Positions 40,396 through 54,581 are shown, counted from the stretch's first letter. The stretch: DNA of 64,000 nucleotides from Octopus bimaculoides (GCF_001194135.2 NC_068988.1:70609894-70673893), one strand, 5' to 3'. Translations and numbers: made by a program. The notes: generated from the sequence alone by a model not told the origin.

Positions 40396-41884
40396 CACAC
40401 ACTGGCCAAAATATATTTAAGACCGACGATGACAGTTCTTTTCCTTTATTAATTTATTGTTAACAAAACTGTATGAAATTATTTTACTTTTTACAGGATA
40501 TGTTATTTTTATCTCTTTCGAATAATATAGTCGTTTTATATCTTTCTACTATTTGGATAATTTTAATGTGCAATTAATTAAAATGATTAAATATTGTCGG
40601 CAAAATAAGTTTAAGACCGTACCCACATTATTGTGTTTGAATTGTTTAAATTAAAAATTTACGGCAGAAATGATCACCGAACAAACATTTCTTATTAGTG
40701 TCTAGTTCCATAGCCGTTATTTTCAATTACGGCCTTACAGTGGTTGCCATCTTTCTTCAATAACTTGATATATTGGGACAAATTTGTTAGTTTTTTTAGC
40801 ATGAACTCTTTTAGAAGCATAATTCCTTAAATTATCTATCGGTGTTAAATCCGGGTTATGCGGAGGCCACTCGATAACCACCATATTATTCCGCTCAAAA
40901 TATTTCCTAGCCTTTTGAACGGGGCAGTTGTCCTGCTGGAAACTAGATCCCGATGGCATCTGATTATTTAAATATGGCAGCACATTTTGATGAATGCGGT
41001 CCACACCATAATCCCACCCCCACCCCCCGCTTGCACCGTATTCTTGACAGACTTAGGATAGAATTCTTCAGTTGGATGGCGTCTAACATACGTTTTCCGT
41101 CTGATCCAAAGGTGCAGAAGTGAGATTCGTCGCTCCAAAGAACTTTTGACCAGTCTTCGGCCGTCCGTTCAATATGTCTTTTAGCAAACTTGATCCGCTT
41201 CCGCCGGTTCGTCTCAAAAATTATTGGCTACTTTCGAGTGATCCGGCCGAATTCTTTTAGGTGGTTTCTTACGGTTTGTGGTGTAAAGCTGATGTCAGTT
41301 CTATTAGACATTGGCTTGCAAATATCCACTGCTCTCAGCATTTGATTCCCTTCAGAGAGCCTATGAATTCACTGATCCATCTGTATCGTAATCGATATTT
41401 GTATTGGTCAGTGGCCAGTGGCTTGGTAAAGCTACCATCCTTGAATAAAAACCGTTCTGATGCATCCTAATTGCTTGATTATGCTCACGAAGGACACATT
41501 TTGCTGATGAAGCAACACGATCTTTGATCTAGAAACTGGGCAAATTCTAGGACGCTTTCCCATCGCGAATTAATGTGTAACAATGCTCGATTATTAAACA
41601 AAACATTGAAGTACGACCAGCCATATGACCACCCATTTGGTTTATTAATTTGTATAATCTTGGTACAGTCTTAAACTTAGTTTGCCAACCATTTTAAATT
41701 ATTTAAATTAATTGCGCTTTAAAGTTATTCGAATTGTAGAAAGATATATAACTCCTATATCATTCGAAAGAGAAAAAAAAATTCTACACAAACTGTAAAG
41801 TTAAAACGATTCTGTTTTGTTAAAAATATATTAATGAAGGAATAGAACTGTCATTAGATGGCTTAAAATTATTTTGGCCTGTGT
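40396..41884 (-). mobile_element. Tc1-like (DD34E) element with ~230-bp IR/DR-type terminal repeats
   Basis: Minus ORF 40735-41004 FQQDNCPV...EWPPHNPDLTPIDNL; the left ~40396-40625 and right ~41660-41884 segments are inverted copies, each with outer and inner GGC(C)AAA...TTTAAG direct repeats. Confidence 0.85.
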
Positions 41885-42251
41885 CTGACCAGTCGCAAAT
41901 TCTGTCTCTCCGTCCTCCATCGTTCAAAACATTTTCTAAGCGTTACCCACTATTCTCGTCTTTTGGGCCTCAAGGCCGTATTTTGTTCAATTCTACGTTT
42001 TTTTGGGGGTTTTTTTTTTTTTTGCGGAGACTACCAATTGGGAAACATTCAGTCTTATCGCTAAAGGTGCGAAACTTAAAAGTACCATTGGTTGATAACT
42101 GATTACGAATTATGGACTTTCTGTTTGTCTCACGTTTGTTTTTATATTCAGTATACGTTATGTTGTTTGTTTATTATTTTTTTCTTTTTCATTTATCAAG
42201 TGATGGAACACAACACACGTGTAAGTTTTTTTCATATACCGGTGTGACGTG

Positions 42252-42252
42252 A

Positions 42253-42328
<76 letters not shown>

Positions 42329-42334
42329 TTCTCT
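42252..42334. repeat. (CT)n microsatellite
   Basis: Seen directly. Confidence 0.95.
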
Positions 42335-42618
42335 CTTGCCTTCATCCTTTCTCCTTTTCTTTCTCTCACCCTGTCAATTCTATTCTAGCCTCTATACTTA
42401 TTCATTCTCTCTCTCCGTCTTGTACTCCTATCCTTTCTCCCTCTCGTATTCCTATACTTTCTTCCTCTTATATTACTTGTCTTCTCCCCCTTGTATTCCT
42501 AGCCTTTCTCCTTCTTGTATCCCTAGCCTTTCTCCTTCTCCTTTATCCACATCCCCCTTTTTTCTTTGTTTGCTGCTGTCACGTGACCAGCAAACAGAGA
42601 ATATATATATATATATAT

Positions 42619-42773
42619 ACGACGAGCGTCTTACAGTTTCCGTCTACCAAATCCACTCACAGGACTTTGGTGGTCCCGAGGCAAGAGTAGAAGACACTTC
42701 TCCAAGGTAACACGCAGTGGGTCTGAACCCAGAACCACGAGGTTGGGAAGTAAGCTTCTTACCACACAGCCAC
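42619..42773 (-). mobile_element. SINE family A, 5' part
   Basis: Reverse complement matches 1451-1605 (GTGGCTGTGTGGTAAG...GTGAGTGGATTTGGTAGACGGAAACTG). Confidence 0.8.
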
Positions 42774-42783
42774 NNNNNNNNNN

Positions 42784-42823
<40 letters not shown>

Positions 42824-42970
42824 GAGTGGAGGCAATACGAACTGAAAACAAGAGGAACATGACCTATTATCCAGCAGAATATTCAATATATATGTGTACT
42901 TTCTTTGACATTACTAAAGCAATATACAGTTCGAATTAATAGAAGTATTCAAAACATACAACCATTTAAA

Positions 42971-43336
42971 CATATAAATATTTCAAAACACGCAAATATT
43001 TTAAAATATTTTTAAATATTTATAAAAATGTAGGCATTAAAAAAAAATTATAAATACATAAATAGATACATAAATAGATATAAAAAAACGTCGATATGAT
43101 ATAAGACATAGTGAATTATAAATTCACACGATATAACATAAAGAAATTAAAATTTACATGTTATAACACAAGCATATAAAATATTTAAAAACACGTAGAT
43201 ATTTAAAAATATATATTTATAAATATGTAGGCATTTTAAAAATAGAAAACATGGATATGATATACGACATAGTGAATTAATAAGTTCACTTATAATAAGT
43301 GATATAAAGGAATAAAAATTACAAGTTACAACACAA
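42971..43336. repeat. Diverged AT-rich tandem duplication (units 42971-43172 and 43173-43336)
   Basis: Shared blocks in the same order: CATATAAA.ATTT.AAAACACG, ATGTAGGCATT, GATATGATATA.GACATAGTGAATTA, AAATT.ACA.GTTA.AACACAA. Confidence 0.75.
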
Positions 43337-44479
43337 AGGCCAGTGGAAAGTTTGATATTATAAAACATTAAAACTATAATTCGAACTTTATATTGCTTTA
43401 TTGAGGTCGAAGGAATTACACATATACATTGAATATTCTGCTTGATAATAGTTGATGTTCCTCTAGTTTTCCGTTGTTCTTTAACATTCGGCGTCATGTA
43501 TGGAGCTTTCTTAGGACGCTATCCTGCAGCAAATGAGCGTATAGGCAAACACATACACTGCATACTAGAGACCGAAAATGTATATATATANNNNNNNNNN
43601 NNNNNNNNNNNNNNNNNNNNNNNNNNNNNNNNNNNNNNNNNNNNNNNNNNNNNNNNNNNNNNNNNNNNNNNNNNNNNNNNNNNNNNNNNNNNNNNNNNNN
43701 NNNNNNNNNNNNNNNNNNNNNNNNNNNNNATATATATATATAATATATATATGTGTATGTATATGTGTGTGTAAGGGTGTTTTTGTGTGTGGGTGTGGGT
43801 GGGTGATTGGGTGCGTGTGTGTGTGTATATATGTGTGTGTTAAGTGTAGTTTAATCCTATTAAAATCTTTAACCTTTGTACTTTAATTATAGATATGGTA
43901 ATAAGCTATTAATTTTGCATTGAAATTTTGAAGTATCTAAAATATTTTTCAATATAGCAAGCAATATTTCCTCCTGGTTGAGCATAATTGTTAATTATAA
44001 TGACTATTAATATATTATGTTGCCATTATTACAAAAGCAGTTTATTGCATTTACTGAATTATGACATTTTATATTGCTACTTATTTCACGGAGTTCTGTA
44101 TTGAAGATTCCACCATAATTACTCCATGTGGGCAGAGAGATAATTAATTTAGTAAACGGTTAAATTAAAATCTCATAAACGTATAATTTATAGAAAAAAT
44201 ATATAATGTTTTTATATGTGGCTGTGTGGTAAATGTTTGCCCCCAACTGTATGGCTCAAGGTTCACTCCCACTCAGTGGTACCTTGTGAGAGTGTCTTCT
44301 CCTATAGACTCTGGTTGACCAAACCCTGGAGAGTAGAGGTCTTGCAGTTAAATTGAGATAATTTTTACGATGCATAAAACTGATTATAAATACCAAAATA
44401 ATGGTAGTAGAGTCATATAATTTTAATGTAACATTTATTACAACAAAAGCATTTATCATTCAATATGCCCGCCTTTCTA

Positions 44480-44704
44480 GGGCGGTGAGCTAGCAGAATC
44501 GTTAGCAAGCTGGGCGAACTGCTTAGCGGTATTTCGTCTGCTGTTACGTTCTTAGTTCAAATTCCGCTGATGTCGATGTTGCTTTCCATCTTTTCGAGGT
44601 CATTAAATAAGTGCCAGTTACGCACTGGGGTCGATGTAATTGATGAATCCCTTTCTTTGTCCCCTCTACGTTTAGACCCCTGTGGGCAATAATGAAATAA
44701 ATAT
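44480..44704 (+). mobile_element. SINE family B
   Basis: GGCGGTGAGCTAGCAGAATCGTTAGC head, B-box-like AGTTCAAATTCC, 3' CCCCTGTGGGCAATAA. Confidence 0.85.
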
Positions 44705-45720
44705 ACCCGTCTTTCTGGGAAATTACTGCCTCCACACGGGAACCTGCCCTCTTTTGATTTTGCGTGTCGCACACACGATGCAGGTCTTCAAACTGTTCAT
44801 ACTCGAGTGTGTTGAAGCATTGCTTCTTGCTTGAGGTACGCCTCATAAAATGTAATCGAGAAGGTTGAGATTTGAACTATTACTATGTCACATGTGAGCC
44901 CTATCAAAGAATGTCACCTTTTCAGTAAGGAAGGTCTGTGTTGCTTTTGACCCATGGCATGGTGCTAAATCCTGGATAAGCACCACATTGTCAAGCCCAA
45001 ACTTCTGCTCCATCCAAAATAATAGTGAGTTTTTCAGGGTGTCCAGACACTCCTTTATGCTGAGCTGCAAGCCAGATTCAATGAAGTGTGGACACATGAC
45101 ACTTTCATCACTCGCCGCGGCTCCAGATACTATCTCAGAGGCAGGATTCCTTAGTCTCAAACACAGTGGGGATGTTAGAAGAGTTGTATGCAACCACTCG
45201 AGAATTTCTGCGATTCAACTCAGCATCCTGTTGGCTCTGATTGCTTTGGCTTTAGCTGTTAGGAGGTGGCGGCGTCGTTCAACATAGCTAGTCATGCCAA
45301 GATTCGTATTCACAGCTTTGGACACCGTGGAAAGGAACACTGCTTTTCTTTGCAAGAGTTATCATGAATATGAATGGGTTGGCTTCAATCGAGCATTTGA
45401 GGTCAGCGAGAAACCTTGGATTGCGCTTAGAATCACTTCGAATCTTGTGATCTTTTCTATCAATCTCTCCATCTTTTTTTAAATTGTTTGTACACACCAT
45501 AGACTGTTGCATTTGGAAGTTTCGCTAAATTAACAGTTTTATTGGCATTGTGCCCAATGTGTGTCAATACAACAATGGCGGAGCAATTCTCTTCTTCCAT
45601 GACTTTCTGTTGTCGAATCAGTTTCCTATTTACCTGATAAATAAAGAAGAGGACTAGATTTTCAAGGAAGCAAGATTTTGTCAAAAAATGAAATGTTAAA
45701 CCCACTACATCAGTTGCTTA
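44705..45720 (-). mobile_element. Decayed maT (DD37D)-like transposase
   Basis: Minus ORF NPASEIVSGAAASDESVMCPHFIESGL...NVVLIQDLAPCHGSKATQTFL. Confidence 0.75.
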
Positions 45721-46224
45721 AAATTGGTCTCAATTCATCTGCACGACTCTGTATATGTGTGTGTATGTTTGTGTGCATGTATGCTAGTGCGTGTGTTTGT
45801 GCACGTGTGTGCGTGCATGTGCACGTGTGTGGGCGTGTGTCTTTGTGTCTGTGTATGTTTCTTGATGACAAGTATTAGTGCGCTTACAGCCCCGTAACTT
45901 AACTGTTCGGTAAAAGAGACTAAGTTTTACAGAAAAATAAATACTAAAAATTCTTTTAAGCGGTGCCCTACTAAAACAAGTAAAATAAAATGTTAAAAAT
46001 ATTGAGATGGGCCTCAGAATGATACCAGAGATAATGTTTTCTGTTTAGCATCCTTTTCCTTCCCCTTGTTACCATATGTATTCCTACTGAGTTCAAAAGA
46101 TGTGCCTTAACCCCGAACAATATTTAATGATTTAAGCTGTCAATCTATAAAAATGTTAGAGAATACTTGTCCAATAATTGCAAAATTTATAAAACTTTAC
46201 CTCATATAATTATTCTTTTCTACT

Positions 46225-46429
46225 CTAGGATCAAGGACCGAAAATTTGTGGGGGGGGGCGGTCGGTCGATTAGATCGACCTCAGTACGCAACTAGTACTT
46301 AACTTACCGACCCCGAAAGGATTAAAGGCAAAGTCGACGTCGGCAGAAATTGAACTCAGAACATGAGGATAGACGAAATACCTATAGGTATTTCGCCCAC
46401 CGTGCTAACGATTCTGCCAGCTCACCGCC
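46225..46429 (-). mobile_element. SINE family B
   Basis: Reverse complement starts GGCGGTGAGCTGGCAGAATCGTTAGC. Confidence 0.85.
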
Positions 46430-49400
46430 TTACTTCATGCAATTATTATATTACGAGTATTCGTGTTATGCAGTCTCCGGATATTATTGTCTAACAGAAC
46501 ATGCGACAAATCGACATCACATTAATTCACTCCCCACTCAATAAATACGTATGCACAAACACACACAATGTGGACATCAATACAATTGAAACATTTATAA
46601 TTCAGTTTAAGGCTAAAAGGATAGTGCATGCTTTGAATTTGAAGCATAGAAATACGAAACATTTAGTGTGCATTACCTGTTGCCACTAACAAAGAAACCA
46701 GTGAAAACGATCAGAATTTAAACAATAGTTCACACTTTACTTCACAAGTACCACAAACAAAGCAAAAGTAGCGTACGAGAGGAATATATTTCCATTCTGA
46801 AGGCATACTTTACAGTTACAGTCTATCAAAAAGACAAAACTATGACAACTTTCCTACAAAATTTGATGAGAAATTCAATTCCCTGTATTTAAATATAACA
46901 GCACTCAAATCAGATAAGCTAACTTAAACCCAAAATAAATATCAGAAACCTAAACAGAAACCACAAAAATAAGAACACATAACTAAAACAAAAATAATAG
47001 ACAGAAAAGAGAAAAATATTAAATGTAACTGACGAGATAGCTGTAACATGTTCAAAATAATCGACGTAAATTTTTAAAAAATAGGTCTTCAAATCAAATA
47101 ATGAAAGAAAAATTATCAATGATAAGATTAGTGCATTAACGGTAAATAACAGTAAAGAAATATTATACACATTCGCCAGAAGAGGTTCAAGAAGATAATA
47201 TACTGACAATATAGTGGATCATACCGGCAAATCTGCAGAATATTGTTGTCAATAAGCACTAAAAAATTATGAAACCCTCTCGCAGTACCAGTCCCAACAG
47301 AAGATAATATATCTATAAAATAAATGGAAAGAATATCCAAAGGTAGAGAACATAAGACAGATGTGACCACAATGTTGGGGTTGAAAAGGAAAACAATCTC
47401 TTTCAAGGGTATCTTTAGAACACTCTGTCATGCAAATGATAGGCAACATACAGGAAATCACTTCACTCATATTACATAAACTAGCTTCAATAAAGTAGAA
47501 AATACAAATTTAGGCATGCATATCACGTGTTTACAAAAATTCAAACAAAGCCTTTCACTAAGGCAGACTGGGATACTCTACGTTTAAAAAGAGCGAAAGC
47601 ACCTAACAATAATATCTCTAACAATAATATCAACTTAGTTGCATAATCTTGTTTCTCTATTAATGCGGAGAAACCTCTAAAATATAACATCCAATATGGT
47701 TGCTTTTCAGCATGATATAAGTAACCAGCAATAACTACTCTACGATGAAGAATAAAGAGATTGACATGGGAATGTGAACATACATCTCATTTTTGGTCCT
47801 GTGCTCACACCATGAGATGTTTGTATTGAAAAACCATCTACTACACTATTTTGGGGTTGAAGAACGGATCGTCATCAAATTTTGTATTGTGGAACTGTGT
47901 AACCACGTCGTAATGTAAAGAGTTGATACTCAATGTCAGTATTTTCGTATTCAGTGCAATCAGTGATCTCTTCCCGTATTTCCCCTCACAGCTGCATGGG
48001 TAGTAGAATACTTTTTCTCATGGTGGAGACTGTCGAATACTCGAGATATTACATGTGCTTACATGTGCTTCCATCACTTCCATGTTAGCTGTATTAATGG
48101 TTTTACAGAATTCTTAGTGAATCTAGTTCTATGTTTCTAGGCTACTTTCTTCAAATCTTTTCCGGCCCTTGTCACTTTCTTATTGGAAGCAAAGATCAAT
48201 GTCTTCGTCCTCTTCTTAAGGAACATATGCAACGCTTGTTAAATGCACTACAACTGTTCTCGAGCCTGTCACAGAGACAGACGAACATGGTGCATGCTAA
48301 GCTGTAAATCCTTCGCATAGATTAATGTTACTAGCTACCTTTCCCCCCCAGTAGATTCGTTTCATAGGATCACTAGCTTGTACTTTCTCCTTGCAGTAAT
48401 TTATCTAGGATTTGCTTGAAATATCCCTATAGTAAAATTTAATGCTTTAGAAAGAGTTGTAGTTTTATGGTGTTGATCCATTTGCTTATAATTAGGATAT
48501 AGTCCAGTTGAGCAGGAATATTGATATAGTCAATGTATCACTACATGGCTCTGAATTATTAATAGGAAAACATAGCAAGTAAATATATTTTCTTCTAGAG
48601 ATTGTTGATGCAAGTGAATAGTGAATCTACAGGCCGTAGCTGAACGTGTCATGCTGGGAAATCTAGCAGTTATTTTTCTCTACTGCTATAGCCCACGCAA
48701 TGTACTCTCCGAAGTAGAGCTTAAGCAATCAGCAATCCTATCAGGAAATAGCTACCAGAATCACTGCAATCCCAACGTGAAATATTCTCTAAAATGGAGG
48801 GGAATTTAAAGCTCACCTAAAGTATCGGATTGTAATATTCTTATATACATCACAAGGATATCATTGGGGAGAAATAGAAATTGGTTGCTATTTTTCGTAG
48901 ATTGCGCTGCTACGTAGAAGTACCTTCGTGAACTCTAAATGTAGTTGTCATAGAAAGGGGTATTAAATAGTAATGTGTCGTATAATGTTACTTATTCACA
49001 GCTCAGTAAACCCGTGAACAAATATATTCTAGCTGTATCCATCCATCTTTTCTTCAAGCATTATGTATCGAGGACTACATAATCATATGTTCTTCTTTCC
49101 TATTAAATAATACGTGAGAAGATTTGGCAACTCTTTCTAGCAGTAGAGTTGAATTTGATAAGAATGGTGCGGCGGTGGTAGTATTGATAATATTGGCGTT
49201 GCGGGAGGAGCTGATTCTGGTGACAATAATGTAGTTGGTGTTAGGTTATTTATAGTGGCGGTGTATATGGGGATAGTGGTTGCTACTTTCATTATGGCGG
49301 CAATTTGTTTTGCGTTTACTTTGTATGGCTGAATATTTGCTGTACGACATACGTACGTGTGAGTGCGTGTCTATGTGTGTGTGTGTGTGTGTGTATATGC

Positions 49401-49789
49401 GTACATGTATAGGTTTATATTAAAACAAATGAAAATGGATATATTTTAAATACACTGGGAATAAATAGTATCCAGTACCGAAAAAATTAAATGAGTAAAT
49501 AATATATAAATATGAAAAAAATGTTTTTGAAGAAATTGAAAATTTTCTCTATAAATCTTTTTATTTTTCATTTTAATATAATTTTTTATATACTTAATGA
49601 TGGAAGTCTACATCATGTTCTATAGTTTCATTTTGCTACATTAAAATCATTATGTTACTTTTATATTGTTCTTATTATCATTTCCATTTCATTTCGCACA
49701 GCTCTTAATTTCTATTACTCCGGCTAATTCAGGAAGAGCAGACAAATTGTTGTCAAGGATCTCACAGGATCTGTTTCCCCTATACTTAA

Positions 49790-50630
49790 CATTCAAGTAC
49801 CAAACTGGTTGTCCCCAATAGTGCAGCTTTCTAAGTATGTTCTGTCTTCGTGCCAATCCTAATTTCTCAAATAAATTTCTGAAAACCCAATTGTTAATTA
49901 TCCCAGTGCCCTTACAACTACTAGAATGAGAGTTACTTTCTTCATTACCCACATTCGTGCAATCTCATGTTTTAGGGGCTTGTACTTTTCAGTCTTTTCT
50001 AATTCTTTGTCATCCACTCGTACATCCCTAGAATGGCGATGCCTGACCTTGGTTTCCTTCATCATCTTGTCAACTACATCATTGTCTGATCTCCGAATAT
50101 CAATTCCTAAATCACACTGGGTTGTACAATCCCACAATATCCTATACTCGTTATTCTCAGTGACCCCTTCTGGTTTATGCTCATACCATTTCAATGTCCT
50201 TTCATGGTCACACTTCTCACATAGTCTCCAATAGACATACTTAGCTACGTTATCATGCCTCCTTTTGTATTCTTTTTGAAGCAGTTTGCTACACAAGCTC
50301 ACAATATGTGAAACTCGTTCGTTTTCGCTGCCACATATTCTACAGTTCACTACACTTATTTATTTGTATCATGGTGTAATTAGTTTTCAGCTCGTAGTGT
50401 GTCCATCTAACCGCTGCGTCATATCGCATTAAGGAGACAGCCATGATCTTGTTCTTTCCAGTGAGTCTACTCTTCATAATTAATTTGAGTGTTCTGAAAT
50501 ATTCTCACCTTAAGCTTTCCTTCATGTCTCCTTAATTTTGTCATACTTCAAACTATTCTAATACTTATATCCATCCACGTGATTTCCTTGATTCTCTCGC
50601 TGTTGGGTAGTTTTACATCAGATGACGATA
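49790..50630 (-). mobile_element. R4/Dong-type LINE 3' fragment 1 (RT thumb remnant, CCHC knuckle, restriction-like endonuclease)
   Basis: CRICGSENERVSHIVSLCSKLLQKEYKRRHDNVAK...ILWD...KELEKTEKY...VVVRALG; upstream YKY...KLIMKSRLTGKNKIMAV. Confidence 0.85.
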
Positions 50631-50644
50631 TTTCGCTATTTCTC

Positions 50645-51917
50645 TTGGGTTGGCAACTTAGTTCCCGCCGTTGTTTTAAATTTTGGAATTTATTGCGTTT
50701 TTTAAATTTTTTAATCTATTTTTTTCGAGAATTCTATTTTTGAATCATTTTGGAATCTATTTTGTTTTTTGTTTTTTTCCTAGTTAATTTTAGTTAATTT
50801 TTGTTTATTTTCAGATCATTAAAATGGAATGTCAAGTTAAGAAAAATGAGCATTTTCGACACCTCCTTTTTGCTTTTAATCATGGTTCTAAGGCCATAAA
50901 AGCTGCTCGCGATTATTTGTACTGTGTATGGAGAGGGTGCCATAGCTGAAAGAACCGCTCGTGATTGGTATGCCTGGTTCAAAAATGGAAATTTTGACCT
51001 CAAAGACGCACCTCGTTCTGGCCGTCCAGTTGAGTTCGATAAAGAGCAATTAAAAAAAAAATTGCACGAAAATTCTCGTCAAACAACAAGGGAACTGGCA
51101 GAGAAAATGGAATCCTCGCACACTACTATACAGAAGTATCTTCACTCGATGGGAAAGGTTCAGAAGTATGGAGCATGGGTTCCGCATGCTTTAAGTGACA
51201 ACAACAAAAATCAACGAGCCACAATCTCCGCTGGTTTGCTTGCTCGTCAGCGCTGAACTCATGGATGCAAGCAATGATTTCTTTACCGAGTCTTTACTGG
51301 CGACAAAAAATGGTACCTGTACATGAATGACTTAGCCCCGGTAAACAAGTGACACCACGTGTGAAACAAGATCTTCATCCGCGTAAAACGATGTTTTGCG
51401 TATGGTAGGACTGGGAAGGGATTGTCCATTAAGAATTGCTTGAACGGAACCAAAAGGCTAACGCGGAACTCTATGTTGAACAGATGGAACGACTCAGCAC
51501 GGCTATTCAAGCGAAACGACCTAATCGGCAGCATGGAGTTCTGCTGCACGACAACGCCCGCCCTCATTTTGCCAATATGACCGAGGAAGCCATTCAAACG
51601 CATGGCTCGGAAGTGCTGCCACACCCGCCGTACTCTCTTGATTTGGCACCAATGGATTTCCACTCCTTTCGATCTATTTCAAATGCTATGCACGGAGATT
51701 CGTTCAGTACTGATGCAGAATTGAGAGCTTGATTGGATCAATTTTTCGAGTCTAAATCGGATGATTTCTACCAACGAGATATTGAAAATCTTGTTGAACG
51801 TTGGGAAGAAGTTGTAAACAAGAGAGAATACATTATTGATTAATTAGTCGTTATTTTGTCTTAAACCTTTTAAAAATTTAAATTTAAGAAACCGCGAGAA
51901 CTTAGTTACCAACCCAA
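50645..51917 (+). mobile_element. Full-length decayed mariner with TIRs
   Basis: TTGGGTTGGCAACTTAGTTCCCGC matches the reverse complement of GCGAGAACTTAGTTACCAACCCAA|TA; WVPHAL and HDNARPH...HPPYSLDLAPMDF motifs; stops and frameshifts present. Confidence 0.92.
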
Positions 51918-51919
51918 TA

Positions 51920-52200
51920 CTTTGATCACTACGTTCATATAGATATATTAATGATGATGTACGTATCTTTCTCCTTGTCCTGATTCATAAAATCTTTTCG
52001 CCAGGTATGAAATGGAGATCTGTCTGTACATTAAAATCACTTTATGGTTGACGTTCGTGCCACTTTCTTCCTACTTTAAATTCTTTTTGCCATAATATGT
52101 CCCAGTGTAGTGCTTTAGTGATATAATCGTGTCTTCGTCTATATTCCTTCTGTACAAGTGGATTGCAGAAACCTATTATTTGTGTATCGAATTCCTCTTT
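51920..52200 (-). mobile_element. R4/Dong-type LINE 3' fragment 2
   Basis: IIGFCNPLVQKEYRRRHDYITKALHWDIL...KWHERQP..DFNVQTD. Confidence 0.7.
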
Positions 52201-52329
52201 CTTATTACATACTCTTCGTTTTGCTCATTTTGCGGATTTGTCTATTTTTGCCTTCGTCCTCAATGACTGGATTTGAGTAGCTGTTATGAGTCCTTATGTT
52301 TTTTTTTATTCTTAAGACTTCCATTATTC

Positions 52330-54420
52330 AGTCTATTTCTGTTGTGTCTCGTTTATCATTTTCTAGCTTCTTACCCTTTTGAATGGGAAAATCCAATAAA
52401 ATCTTGCATTCCTCCGACTCAAGCACTCTTCATAGCTAGTATTCCCAGTCTCAAATCTTCATTTAGAGCAAAGATTCCAGTGCAAAACTCTCAAAACCTT
52501 GTTGTACCTCCATTTCTTATATTGACCCTGAGCCAACCTCAGATATTCTACAACAATGTGTGCCATTGTTTCATCCCAAATTACATACGCTACATTTTGC
52601 TGACACATTCTCCCGATACACATACTTTCTGAAGTGTTGTGTTTTTAACACTTTATCTTGACCTGCTATAATAAGGCCCTCTGTTTCCTTTTCTTAATTC
52701 CCCCTTTTTTAAACAAGCTCAGGTCTTTGTTTCACATACATCCTCAGTAGCTTTTCACAACTGACCATGGAAAGGTTTAATCTATTTGACATGCTCTCTT
52801 TGAAGTTCATTTTTGTCCTTTTTTCCTGTTCCACACTTGATCGCCTGTTCTTTATTCACTGTCTATAGTAATTCCTCAGTGCTATTCTGTAAATATACAC
52901 TCTTCCATAGCAATTTAACCTCTTCCACCCAGGTCTTTTTTCAAGTACAACTGGTTAATATTAGTTTTAGGATGGTGAGCTCCATATTTTGTCAAAAGCT
53001 TTCTAGTTTTACTGTCAAGTTTTTGTAAGTCGCTTTCGGTCCAGTCTAAAATCCCAGCTCCATTTATGATTGCCGGTACTGCTCTTGCATTTATTGCTTC
53101 AATAATAGTTTTTAAATTCAACTTTAGCTGTAATATTTTACTCCCTACTGGTAATTTGCATCATCTCTTCATGTTTTATTTTGCCTACCTCCTCCATTAT
53201 TTCCAAATATTTATACCACTGTCCTTTCTCAACTGCCTTCATTTTTTTCCAATTTCGCATTTCAATTCCTTGGCTTCCGTCAAATCTTTCCCGTTTCGTT
53301 ATCAATATAGTGCATTCTTCAGTTCCAAATTCCATACCTACATCATTTGAGAATAAGCGAACAGCATGTACAAGGCTTTCAAGCTGCTTCTTAATTTTCG
53401 CATGAAGCTTTATATCATCCATAAATCAGAGATGATTTATCGGACTATATGCTTTTATTGAATCATACGCTATTTTAACTTTTCATAATATCAAACTGAG
53501 CGGTATAATAGTCAATACAAATAGTAATGGCAACAAGCTATCACCTTGAAATATATCTCGTCTGATGTTCACTTTCCCAAGTCTTTATTTTCCTCTTATT
53601 CTATATTCCATATTCCAATTTTTCATACTTTCCTTTACCGTTTTCTCCTTATATTCTGCCTCTCCAAACATACTCATTGTTTTCCTTATTCAACTGCGGG
53701 GCACCATGGTATGCGTCTACAATCATCATTTTATCAATTTATTTGTGCTCTCTTGTTGCCCTACTTTGTTTACTGCTATTTGTTTGTTCTACTGGAAGTA
53801 GATTTTCGCTTTCCATATTACATTTCCACCAAGACACCGGTTAAAAGTAGTAAACAGGTGATAGGTCGAACATTTCGATATCAATCTGCTTTTCAAGGCA
53901 TCCTTGATGTATAGCAAGATTAGTCTACATGTCATCCAGGTAAGGACGTGTCCCTGCTGCATGCGGTCATCTAGGTGTGCAGCGACCGTTTCGTGCAACT
54001 GTGTAAAATTATTCATCCAGTAATCTTGTACTCTATCTGGGCCAGGTCTTCTCCAATTTACTATTTTTAAAGCTTCAGTCTCACTGAAAACAGATCAGTT
54101 CTGACGTCGGTTTGCCTTCATACAATTGCAAGTGTCCCCCCGCCTGTGTTAACCACTCTCCACTTCCTTTATATTCACTGGCCTGTTCCAAATCTCTTCC
54201 CCAATTACTTCACTTTCTTCCTCATCAGGAATCTCTTTCTTCCTAATGCTTTTCCTCACTGTATTTCCTCAAAAAGCTGCCTTCTATTTGATTGAAACAA
54301 TCTAGTCTATTCAAAAGCTTTGCATTCAGCATCATTTTCAATTTAGCCTTTAACGCTGTCATACTTTGTAACAGTTATTCATGTGCAGTTTGTTTTCCCC
54401 TTTCTTGTAATCTGTACTGT
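52330..54420 (-). mobile_element. R4/Dong-type LINE fragment 3 (RT through start of endonuclease)
   Basis: NWRRPGPD, FQGDSLLPLLF, MDDIKL, AINARAVP...HHPK...GGRG, ETEGLIIA.QD, knuckle remnant, then ESEECKILLDFPIQ. Confidence 0.88.
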
Positions 54421-54581
54421 CCATCCGGACAAAAGTTTTAGCGGCATTCCGGCTTTTTGGTTCGGACTTCAAATGCCGTTGAGGTTTATATTACCTTTCA
54501 TCTTTTCGTGCTCAATAAACTAAGTACCAGTTGAGTACTATGGCAACGAAACAGGAGAAAGGGTAGTATCCATTGCTTTCA

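Noticed and set aside
46900-47470. Further R4-type LINE N-terminal fragment on the + strand
   Set aside because: Composition is suggestive but no diagnostic motif could be read.
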